Origin: Thermoplasmatota archaeon
GTDB lineage: Archaea; Thermoplasmatota; Penumbrarchaeia; Penumbrarchaeales; Penumbrarchaeaceae
DNA length: 64,000 bases
Direction: 5' to 3'
Assembly (NCBI GenBank): GCA_048569615.1
Contig: JBLIRK010000002.1
Span: 8,390-72,389 of the forward strand
Below, one piece after another: positions 31,394-39,587 of this stretch. The position numbers and the translations under genes are program-made. The notes below the pieces were generated by a model, which was not told the DNA's origin, did not search any database, and saw nothing but the letters and a program-made list of their open reading frames with translations. Each line of letters opens with the position of its first letter. Within the stretch, counting starts at the first letter, position 1.

Positions 31394-31429
31394 ATAGTGC
31401 AACTCCTGCTTTCGTTCTTATCATTACCA

Positions 31430-31762
31430 TCATTGTTTCCCCTCCTGTTTTGTCGGGTCCATACCCACTGCCCTCTTGATGAGATCGACCGCCCTCCTAT
31501 CCTCTTCTTCCCCGGGTATTATCACGGTTATGGGAAGCATTCTTCCCTGTGCCCTGCTTTCGAATAGCTCATGGTGAAGAACCTCGGCGCATTTTGAGGA
31601 GAGTATCATCATGCCAAGGTCCATTTCAACCATACTGCGATACCAATCCTTAAGCATCACCGGATCATCCCCCCCATCCCATATCAGTATCTCCTCGAGA
31701 CCAGCAAGGCTCAATCCGAGTGCGGTTTCCTCCTTGACTGCTGCGCATATACCCATCTTCAT
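31430..31762 (-). CDS. atpF: A1Ao-ATP synthase subunit F
   Basis: EETALGLSLAGL, IKRAVGMD; position between atpC and atpA; ATGA overlap with atpC. Confidence 0.85.
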   Translation of the reverse strand: MKMGICAAVKEETALGLSLAGLEEILIWDGGDDPVMLKDWYRSMVEMDLGMMILSSKCAEVLHHELFESRAQGRMLPITVIIPGEEEDRRAVDLIKRAVGMDPTKQEGKQ

Positions 31763-32862
31763 GAGGCAGTCACCTCCAGTATGAGAAGCTCCTTCGTTCT
31801 CTCCTGGGACCATCCGGAAAAGACTGCCTGAAGGAGAGTCCTTATGTTCTTTAATTCCATCTCCTTTCCAATAAGGTAGCGTATTGACGGACCAACGGTC
31901 GATCCGTGGGTATGGGAAAGACCAACGGAAGCCTCGAGCAGCATTCGGTCCAGGGCGATCTCGATCGCATGGGTCCCTCTTTCAGCTCCATCCTTGAAGT
32001 AATTTTCCAGATGGGTGCCGTTCAGGACCGAAAGTGTCTCCCTCAGATTGGAGGATTCCGCCATCTGCTCCAGCAGGGGCAAACCGATCGTCCCTCCCTT
32101 GGAATATATCTGGGGCATGATCTCCTCCCGGCCAAGTCCGCTTGCCTTTGATCTGACAAGGAGATGGATATTGTATCGGTCCGCAAGTATGTGGCTGAAA
32201 TCCTTTGCCCCTTTCCTGCATGCCGAGTCCAATCCATCCAAATCCATGAAGGTATCCAGGACGAAACGGTCAAGAACTGAATCTATCTCATCCAATCCCA
32301 CCCCCTCCTCTTTTGCTAGGGGAGCTATCGCCTTTCCGGCCCTGGTTCCTTCCAGCACCTCTATCGCCTGGGCCGTGTCCCTGGCAGAAAGGAACTGGCG
32401 CTCGAGGTCCTCATCCAGGAAACCAACGGGATAGAGGGGCTCTTCCCTGTGTCCAATTAGCCTCAGAAGCCTTTTCAACTCATCGATCTCCCATATTCCA
32501 ATGAATGATTTCACCAGCGGCTTCACTCCTGAAGGAGATCCTATATAAAGGGCATCAAGGGTTCCATGGAAATTGTGCATCAGCTGTCTGTCAGATTCCC
32601 TGAAGGATGTCGGCTCTTCCTTGAATGACAGATCTCCCTGTATGGTTTTTATGAGTGTGGAGGGATCCTTCAGTTCCAAGAGCGGGAGTACCTCATCCCT
32701 GATGATGTAGGGATTCCCCATGGTCGATAGCCTGGCATTGTGATAGGAGAACTGACCGATCCTGACCAGCTTGCGGATCCCGAATACGGAGGCGGTTATT
32801 CCAACGGCGGATACGCCTCCGATGACGGTAATTGCGGTTCCGGTCAGCTCAAGCAATATCAT
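31759..32862 (-). CDS. atpC: A1Ao-ATP synthase subunit C
   Basis: YHNARL near the N-terminus and YLIGKEMELKNIR near the C-terminus; operon position. Confidence 0.85.
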   Translation of the reverse strand: MILLELTGTAITVIGGVSAVGITASVFGIRKLVRIGQFSYHNARLSTMGNPYIIRDEVLPLLELKDPSTLIKTIQGDLSFKEEPTSFRESDRQLMHNFHGTLDALYIGSPSGVKPLVKSFIGIWEIDELKRLLRLIGHREEPLYPVGFLDEDLERQFLSARDTAQAIEVLEGTRAGKAIAPLAKEEGVGLDEIDSVLDRFVLDTFMDLDGLDSACRKGAKDFSHILADRYNIHLLVRSKASGLGREEIMPQIYSKGGTIGLPLLEQMAESSNLRETLSVLNGTHLENYFKDGAERGTHAIEIALDRMLLEASVGLSHTHGSTVGPSIRYLIGKEMELKNIRTLLQAVFSGWSQERTKELLILEVTAS

Positions 32863-33480
32863 TCACTCCTGCAACCCCGAGAACATCACACGGGCAATTA
32901 TCTCCCTAAGCTCATCCTCATTCCTTTCCAGAAGACCATGGAATGTCATGTCCATGACCCTCTCTCCTTTTTTATCAAGTGCAATGAATCCCCCCAGCAG
33001 CTCCTTTCCCATGAACCTCCCGAGCTCATCATTTTCCTTCAAGCTAGATTCCACAAGGGGTCCGACCTTGCACCACCCCTCAATTGCCCTGGCATCCCGG
33101 TCGCGAACGGGATAAGCGACCATTTCCTTGCCAAGGATTCCCTCCGCCCTCTTTACAAGGGGAATGAGGTATTCACCCAACTCCGGACCTTCAAGGGACG
33201 TTATCCTTTCCCTGACACCGCATAGAGCATCCCATATCAGCTCTTCTTTGGAGCATAAAAGGGCCTGTCTAGCCTTTCTCTTGCCATCCGAGATATAGAT
33301 ATTGCGGGTCGTGGAGAGCTCCCTTTCGAGCTTCTTCTCCATTTCCTTAAGATCGACATCAAGCACGCTTCTTGCTTCCTCCCTCATCTTCCTGGCCCTT
33401 TGTCTGGCTTCCTCAAGAATGGCATCGGCCTCGGCCCTGGCCTCCTCTTCGATCCTTTTTACTATACCTTCGATTCCCAT
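32863..33480 (-). CDS. atpE: A1Ao-ATP synthase subunit E
   Basis: MGIEGIVKRIEEEA coiled coil, LLGGFI...DMTF; start at 33480 after GGGGTGA RBS. Confidence 0.85.
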   Translation of the reverse strand: MGIEGIVKRIEEEARAEADAILEEARQRARKMREEARSVLDVDLKEMEKKLERELSTTRNIYISDGKRKARQALLCSKEELIWDALCGVRERITSLEGPELGEYLIPLVKRAEGILGKEMVAYPVRDRDARAIEGWCKVGPLVESSLKENDELGRFMGKELLGGFIALDKKGERVMDMTFHGLLERNEDELREIIARVMFSGLQE

Positions 33481-33496
33481 GGGGTTCACCCCTCTC

Positions 33497-34240
33497 CTAG
33501 CCCAGCATTCCTGATGCCAGCAGGAGGAATATGGCCACAAGGAATCCGAAGATCGCCATTGTCTCGGACATGACTGCAAAAATGACGCCCTGTCCGAATA
33601 CCTTGTTATTCCTGCCGAAGGCTGCGGCCGCGGCAGAAGCCGTCATTCCCTGGGGAATGGCGGACACGCTGGACAAGGCTATCACTATTCCTATGGCAAG
33701 AGCTCCCCACCCGACGTACGGGCTTTTCAGGACCGCAATATCGGGTCCGCCGGTAAGTCCCGTAAAGAAAAGCACGAGGATCGAGACCAGCAATCCATAG
33801 ATACCCTGGGTCATTGGAAGGGCCTGATAGACTATCAGCCGGCCGAACTTGTCCGGACGCTCCGCTGCAACACCGGCGGCTCCGGCACCTGCTATGCCGA
33901 TACCGACAGAGGACATGATAGCGGCAACTCCCATTGCCAGTGAGACCCCTATGAAAACCAGCATCCTGTTGTCCTTTACTACCTTGGAGTCCTCGTTGTT
34001 GCTGGGATCGGTGTATTCCAGATATTCCTCGATATTTGTCATCCCATCCTCATCCAGGTCCGATGACGCATCGTTCTTGGTAGGGTCGAGCTCATAGAAT
34101 ATCTCCCAATCGTCGTCCATTCCATCGTGGTCCTCGTCCCTATCCGGTATCCTTTCGGCCGATGCACCCAATGAAAGGACGACCATGGACACTAGGAACA
34201 GCACCGCAATACCTGCCGCCAGATATGGCGTTGTTTTCAT
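33497..34240 (-). CDS. atpK: A1Ao-ATP synthase subunit K (4-TM V-type c subunit) with N-terminal signal peptide and TSP3-like acidic domain
   Basis: C-terminal about 155 aa with GIGIAGAGAAG, LPMTQGIYG, SAIPQG, MSETMAIFG; N-terminal about 90 aa extension in the same frame after a GGGAGGT RBS. Confidence 0.9.
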   Translation of the reverse strand: MKTTPYLAAGIAVLFLVSMVVLSLGASAERIPDRDEDHDGMDDDWEIFYELDPTKNDASSDLDEDGMTNIEEYLEYTDPSNNEDSKVVKDNRMLVFIGVSLAMGVAAIMSSVGIGIAGAGAAGVAAERPDKFGRLIVYQALPMTQGIYGLLVSILVLFFTGLTGGPDIAVLKSPYVGWGALAIGIVIALSSVSAIPQGMTASAAAAAFGRNNKVFGQGVIFAVMSETMAIFGFLVAIFLLLASGMLG

Positions 34241-34289
34241 CTTTCATACCTCCCGTTCGTTCTTATGATCGAATTAACTTGATAATGTA

Positions 34290-36356
34290 TCATCTGCCTT
34301 CCCTCCCTTCCGCTCCAATTATGTCCGTGTGGGATTTGGTATATGCCCTTTCCCTTCCGAAGGGCTGGAAAAGCTCGCCGCCTCCCTCGAAGAACCTTCC
34401 GAAGAACTCCACGAACTGAAGCCTTACAGAATGGACGGCAGCTCCAAGTGTCTGAAGCAGCAGGTTGAAGATGTGCAATGCTAGGAGCAGGATCGCTACC
34501 ACGGGCAGCAGGTAGGGTGTGATACCGACCATCATCTCCCCCACGATATTGAATGCCATCGCAAGTCCGAATGTCGAAAGGCCTAGGGCCAGTATCCTCG
34601 AGTAGGATATCCAATCGCCCATCAGACCCTCGATAGAGAAAAGGAACATCGGTCCGACCTCGAAGAAAAGCAGAAAGCAGCCGAGCAGGAAAAATGCTCC
34701 GCCAGATATTGCAAGAGGCATCGACAATCCCCACCATCCAAACAGAATGCCTCCAAGGAAAATGACCGCACCCGATTGAACGAAGGCCCAGGAAAGGGCC
34801 CCTTTGACGAAACCCCAAAAATCTCTCTTTTTCAACCTATCGTATCCAAGAAGGGCGAAACCGGCATTGAGCTGGATGAAACCAAGCCATAGGGAGATCT
34901 CGAACAGGAGCATCGGGTCCCTCAAGGTGTCGTAGGGGAATGACATCCCGAGGACCGTGAACGAGTAGAGGGGTTTCTCTGCACTTCCGAATATCAAACG
35001 AGGTACAAGGTCACCGAACAAGGAGCCCATCCATATCCCGGCAAGTGTCGTCGCCAGGCCCATCAATATGCCAAGCGCCCCGATCTGTCTGAGAAAATTG
35101 CTTTTCTTGCCCTTTGTGAAAACATATAGGGATGGCAGGAGTATGAGCAGACCGTAGCCTGCATCTCCGAGCATCAGTCCGAAAAACAGGATGAACGGAA
35201 CCGAAATGAAAAGACTGGGATCGATCTCGTTATATTTTGGAACGGCGAAGGTGAGGGTGAGCGGTTCGAAAAGCGAGGCGAACCTTCCGTTGTTGAGTTT
35301 GGTCGGCACCCTGTTCTCCTCTATCTCGGTCTTGTCCGGATCCCGTTCCTGTATATGGTACCTGCCTCTTGTCGAGCTGTCAACGATCGTCCTGAGCTCC
35401 CTCATGCGGTCGCCCTCGATCCACCCCGAAATCATGCCTGTGTAAATAGTGCTTGAAAGGGAAGATCTCATCCTGGTCTTCTCCATCTCGATCTCCAGTG
35501 CCTCCTGCCAGGCCCTGGCATTATTCAAGAGCATTGTTGCAAGCTCATCCCCATCCCCGCGGAGTGACGACCTCTTCTGCTTCAGGGAATCCTCCAGCTT
35601 GTCCAGCTCGACTATCAACCGGGCAACCGGATTCCTGAGACCCGATGAAGAGCCTGTCCCTCTGTTTAGAAGGGATGCGATCTTTTGAATGTCAAATGTT
35701 ATCTCCGAGAAGATCCTCCCTCTGAGAGATTCCTCGATGTAACCTGCATTTCCGGAGGTATAGAGGATCCTGACAGCGTGAAGTCCCTCTTTTTTATCGA
35801 GGAGTGATGACTGCAGATCTCCACCGGCTTTCGAAACGATCCCTTTGAGCTCATGAAATCTCCTGGTGGTTCCTACCTTGATCCTTATTCTCTCGAAGGA
35901 TGATACGGTATGAAGGTCGAAATCAAGTCCTCCAAGTAAAACAAGTTTCTCTCTCAGCTCCCTCAGATAGCCAATGTCATCCTCGATCCGGCTGCGCTTC
36001 TGAAGGAAAGGCTCGGTTCTGGCCTGGGCTTCTCTCAGCCATTTCTCCGCACCGGAAACCGCCTTTCCCTCGCTAATCTGGACAGGTGCTGGTTTTTCCA
36101 TCAAGTATTGCTTCAATAGACCCTTAGAAAACGTCTCGTAGGGTGCCAGGAGTTCTATGATCTTGTCCACCCTGCTTTTCACATCCAGCAGTTTCGGATC
36201 CACTTTGATGTCTTTTCCGCCGGAGCTGACATGGTGGAGTATCCTTTGATCGTGGAGATGAGCGACCATCCTGTCGAGGTCTGATCTCATTAGAAAGATA
36301 TCGACCCTTTTCATCCTTTTGGGATACAATCCGCTCACCCACTCAAGATCGGTCAA
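34290..36356 (-). CDS. atpI: A1Ao-ATP synthase subunit I (a)
   Basis: VPTKLNN...PKYNEIDP, FFGLMLGDAGYG, SYSRILALGL with the essential Arg, HSVRLQFVEFF. Confidence 0.93.
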   Translation of the reverse strand: MTDLEWVSGLYPKRMKRVDIFLMRSDLDRMVAHLHDQRILHHVSSGGKDIKVDPKLLDVKSRVDKIIELLAPYETFSKGLLKQYLMEKPAPVQISEGKAVSGAEKWLREAQARTEPFLQKRSRIEDDIGYLRELREKLVLLGGLDFDLHTVSSFERIRIKVGTTRRFHELKGIVSKAGGDLQSSLLDKKEGLHAVRILYTSGNAGYIEESLRGRIFSEITFDIQKIASLLNRGTGSSSGLRNPVARLIVELDKLEDSLKQKRSSLRGDGDELATMLLNNARAWQEALEIEMEKTRMRSSLSSTIYTGMISGWIEGDRMRELRTIVDSSTRGRYHIQERDPDKTEIEENRVPTKLNNGRFASLFEPLTLTFAVPKYNEIDPSLFISVPFILFFGLMLGDAGYGLLILLPSLYVFTKGKKSNFLRQIGALGILMGLATTLAGIWMGSLFGDLVPRLIFGSAEKPLYSFTVLGMSFPYDTLRDPMLLFEISLWLGFIQLNAGFALLGYDRLKKRDFWGFVKGALSWAFVQSGAVIFLGGILFGWWGLSMPLAISGGAFFLLGCFLLFFEVGPMFLFSIEGLMGDWISYSRILALGLSTFGLAMAFNIVGEMMVGITPYLLPVVAILLLALHIFNLLLQTLGAAVHSVRLQFVEFFGRFFEGGGELFQPFGRERAYTKSHTDIIGAEGREGR

Positions 36357-36667
36357 TGATTCAGAAGATGCGCCATAAGTTCGTTAACAGCGACCGGAAG
36401 TTTGGTACTTGTCCTATCTGATAGCCCCTTGGCGATCTCAATTCCATCCCTCTTGATCCTCTCCGCTTCCTCTCTGGCCCTTCTTTCTTCCTCTCCTAGG
36501 ATCCTTTCCCTCTTTCTTGAAAAATCGTCCATTGCCATCTTTCTTTCCGAACGGATGTCCTCCCCCACCTTCCTTATCACCATCTCGGCCTGCTTCTTTG
36601 CATTTTCAATAGTGGCCTTCGCCTCCTTTTCCGCTGCAATAAGCCTTTCAAAGGTACTGTCAACCAT
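36353..36667 (-). CDS. atpH: A1Ao-ATP synthase subunit H
   Basis: About 100-aa charged coiled coil (AAEKEAKATIENAK); first gene of the operon, overlapping atpI. Confidence 0.8.
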   Translation of the reverse strand: MVDSTFERLIAAEKEAKATIENAKKQAEMVIRKVGEDIRSERKMAMDDFSRKRERILGEEERRAREEAERIKRDGIEIAKGLSDRTSTKLPVAVNELMAHLLNH

Positions 36668-36959
36668 GGGAATTCCACCGGCACCAAGTACTGAATATCG
36701 ACAGAGTGGCCTAATAAATCTTATTACTTAACCCTTATTGTGGAAGGGGTTGCACTGGGTTGTATGTTTTCTAACCGATAATATTTTGTGCAATAAAGTG
36801 GTTAATCCGGTGCAACATTCAACCGATTCCAGTCACCAATGGACCTATCAAGGGCCATTTCCCTTGACTGCGTGCAGATTCAGTGCAAGATTCAGTGTAA
36901 TTCACAAGGAAATGTTTAAGGATATAATGATATTTGGGAGAACAGGGGGTATCTACCAA

Positions 36960-39575
36960 TTGGCAGCATCCGTTGATGATCAGGACATAAAGATCCAGAA
37001 ACTGGAAATGATCATCAAGAAAGGTGACATGATAATTTCAATGCTGGAGAAACAGGGTGTCCCAACGGATGATGTGAAGGTCAAGATAAATTCCGCCAAG
37101 CAGAACCTATCCAAAGGGGAGATGGGGAGCGCCTACAAGCTCGCACAGGAATGCATCACCGACCTCATGAAACTCAAGGAGACCGCCGATAAACCCAAGG
37201 ATGAGGAGAAATCTAAAAGGGGGAAGGGCGTTTTCGCATTGATCAGGGACAACAGGGCGGAAATGAACCGTAAATTGGAGGAGTGGAAAAGGATTATAAA
37301 AGGCTGGAGGGACAAGGGTTACAATTTCGAAAATGATCAGAGCTTGTTCTCACACCAATTCGAGGAGATCGAGAAGAGGTTCATTTCCATCGGCGGTCAG
37401 ATCGAAAAGGCCGAGATCATCAGGGGAAAGCTGAATCGAATGAAGGAGGACTTCCCCAGCGTCGGCCAAAGCTACCTGTCAAAGATAGAGGATGTGGAAA
37501 AAGCCATATTCAGACTGGACAGGCTGGACAGTATCGAAAGAAGGGTTGACAATCTGGCCCAGTCCCTAAGGGCGGTTGATGAGAGGTTCAAACAGTTCAG
37601 GATCAGGATCAGCAGATACCGTAGGAACGGATTGGACACTGCATCATTGGATGAAATCATTGAAAATGAGGAAGATGCGGAATACCTGGAGAAGCAGTTC
37701 AACATATACGAAGGCAACATCGATTTTCTCCTAAAGGAGAAGACCAAACTCAAAAGCTTCAAGGAGATGCCCCTTCCTGAGAGCGTCTTGAAAAAAGTAT
37801 CCGAGCTCGAGAAGATAATCAATAATCCATGGCTCCTCGACCAGGTCGTCGAGAGGATGCTGGCCCTGGAGAAGGACCTGCATCGGGAAAAGGAGAACCT
37901 TAAGAGAAGGGAAGAGGAGAGATCTAGAAGGGACGAGATCCTTTCCAGTCTGGAGAAATACCGGTCGGAGGGTTTTAGAACCGATGTGGTGGAGCAGCTG
38001 CTGGATGAGGATATTAACCTCCTCGAGGAAGAGTTCGACATATTCATCAGGCAGACCACAAGACTCAAATCCCTCAAGGAGAAATTATTCAAGCTGGACG
38101 CCACGGGCTTCGAGGAGGACATCTCCAGGATCTCACAGAAGCTCTTCGATCCATCAAACCTAGACAATATCGAGAATGAACTCAGCACTCTGAAGGAGAA
38201 GATCCTTGAGAAGAAGGTAAAATCACAGAAGATAGAGGGAGCCATCAAGGAATGGGCAGGATTGGGTTTCAAGATCTCAAAGCTAGAAAATCTCCTCAAG
38301 ACCGATATCGACACGGCCGATGAGCTCTATGAGGATTACAGGAAATGGATAGACGAGCTGAAGGAGTATGAGACCCAGCTCCAGGATATCAAGCAGAAGG
38401 ATATGGATGAACTGGTTCACAGGATAACCCTCAAGATCAAGAATCCGGAACTGATCGAGTCTGTAAGAAAGGAGATGAGCGTCATACAGAAGAAGGTCTC
38501 GGAGATAGAGGGACTGAGAGGGAAGAGAAAAGAGCTGAACAATCTGCTGAAGGTCTGGAAGATACAGGGTTACAACATCGATCGTATCCTGGACCTGATG
38601 AGGGAGGAGGACACTGTTTCGGGAATGGATAACATCATACTCAATTATTCGAGGTCCATCGCTTCCGTGGAAGCGTTGAAGGGTGACCTCGCATCCGAGG
38701 AGAGGGGATGGTTCCCCAAGGATGAAGAGTTCATCAAGAAGAACCTGCAGGACCCCGAAATGTCCTCGGAAGTCCTTTCAAGTTTCGAAAATCTGAAAAC
38801 AAAGAACACCAAGGAAGAAAAGAGAAGGGGCGAGATATCCAGGAAGCTCAGGGAGCTTTCTTCCAGGGATATAGACGTATCCCGTATAGAGCCGCTTCTT
38901 CTTGGCGATACGGAAACCTTGAACAACGAATATGAGGTCTTCAAGGAGAAAGTGAAGAAGCTTCTGAAGATCAAGGCCACCCTGCTCAAGGAATCACACA
39001 AGACAAAGGACCAGAGCAAGGAGATGTTGGCCAAGAGCTTCTCGGACCCTTATTCCGTCGAGCAATATGAGGACCAGCTTAGTGGTAAAGCACCTATATC
39101 CCAACAACAGGCGAAAGCCGCAAAGCCTGCGAAGGATGGCGAGGAGATAGACAAGCAAAAGGAACTCGCCAAGACCCATTACAAGGAAGGGCGTTTCGAA
39201 GAAGCCCTCGAAATGTTCCAGAACATACTCTCCAGGGACCCCAATAATAAGGAGTGCAATTTCTACTTGAAGAAGGTTCTTCTGAAGATCAAACCGTCTT
39301 CGGGGAAGCCCAAGCCTGTGAAAGCACAACCCCCTCCGGAGGAGAAAAACGCAATTGATGAAGAGGAGAAGCCTGCACCATCCCAAAGCGGGGCCGACCC
39401 GAACTGCCTTTCCTGCCACGGAACAGGGAACTGTATCTGGTGCTCCGGCAAGGGAAAGTGTTCTACATGCCATGGAACCGGAGAATCCCTGGGATCCACA
39501 TGCTCCACCTGCGGAGGGAGCGGTGATTGCTCAGTATGCAAGGGTTCAGGAAAGTGCAGCTGGTGCATGGTCTAG
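36960..39575 (+). CDS. Helical repeat protein with TPR and C-terminal DnaJ-type CxxCxGxG zinc-finger array
   Basis: TTG start after AGGGGGT; about six internal repeats; one TPR; 12-Cys C-terminus. Confidence 0.8.
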   Translation: MAASVDDQDIKIQKLEMIIKKGDMIISMLEKQGVPTDDVKVKINSAKQNLSKGEMGSAYKLAQECITDLMKLKETADKPKDEEKSKRGKGVFALIRDNRAEMNRKLEEWKRIIKGWRDKGYNFENDQSLFSHQFEEIEKRFISIGGQIEKAEIIRGKLNRMKEDFPSVGQSYLSKIEDVEKAIFRLDRLDSIERRVDNLAQSLRAVDERFKQFRIRISRYRRNGLDTASLDEIIENEEDAEYLEKQFNIYEGNIDFLLKEKTKLKSFKEMPLPESVLKKVSELEKIINNPWLLDQVVERMLALEKDLHREKENLKRREEERSRRDEILSSLEKYRSEGFRTDVVEQLLDEDINLLEEEFDIFIRQTTRLKSLKEKLFKLDATGFEEDISRISQKLFDPSNLDNIENELSTLKEKILEKKVKSQKIEGAIKEWAGLGFKISKLENLLKTDIDTADELYEDYRKWIDELKEYETQLQDIKQKDMDELVHRITLKIKNPELIESVRKEMSVIQKKVSEIEGLRGKRKELNNLLKVWKIQGYNIDRILDLMREEDTVSGMDNIILNYSRSIASVEALKGDLASEERGWFPKDEEFIKKNLQDPEMSSEVLSSFENLKTKNTKEEKRRGEISRKLRELSSRDIDVSRIEPLLLGDTETLNNEYEVFKEKVKKLLKIKATLLKESHKTKDQSKEMLAKSFSDPYSVEQYEDQLSGKAPISQQQAKAAKPAKDGEEIDKQKELAKTHYKEGRFEEALEMFQNILSRDPNNKECNFYLKKVLLKIKPSSGKPKPVKAQPPPEEKNAIDEEEKPAPSQSGADPNCLSCHGTGNCIWCSGKGKCSTCHGTGESLGSTCSTCGGSGDCSVCKGSGKCSWCMV

Positions 39576-39587
39576 GGAGGTGTTAAT

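Noticed and set aside
32750..32862. Hydrophobic N-terminal extension of AtpC as a novelty
   Set aside because: Similar N-terminal hydrophobic segments occur in Thermococcales and methanogen AtpC.
39405..39475. CxxCH motifs (CLSCH, CSTCH) as c-type heme sites
   Set aside because: They are part of CxxCxGxG zinc-finger repeats in a protein with no export signal.
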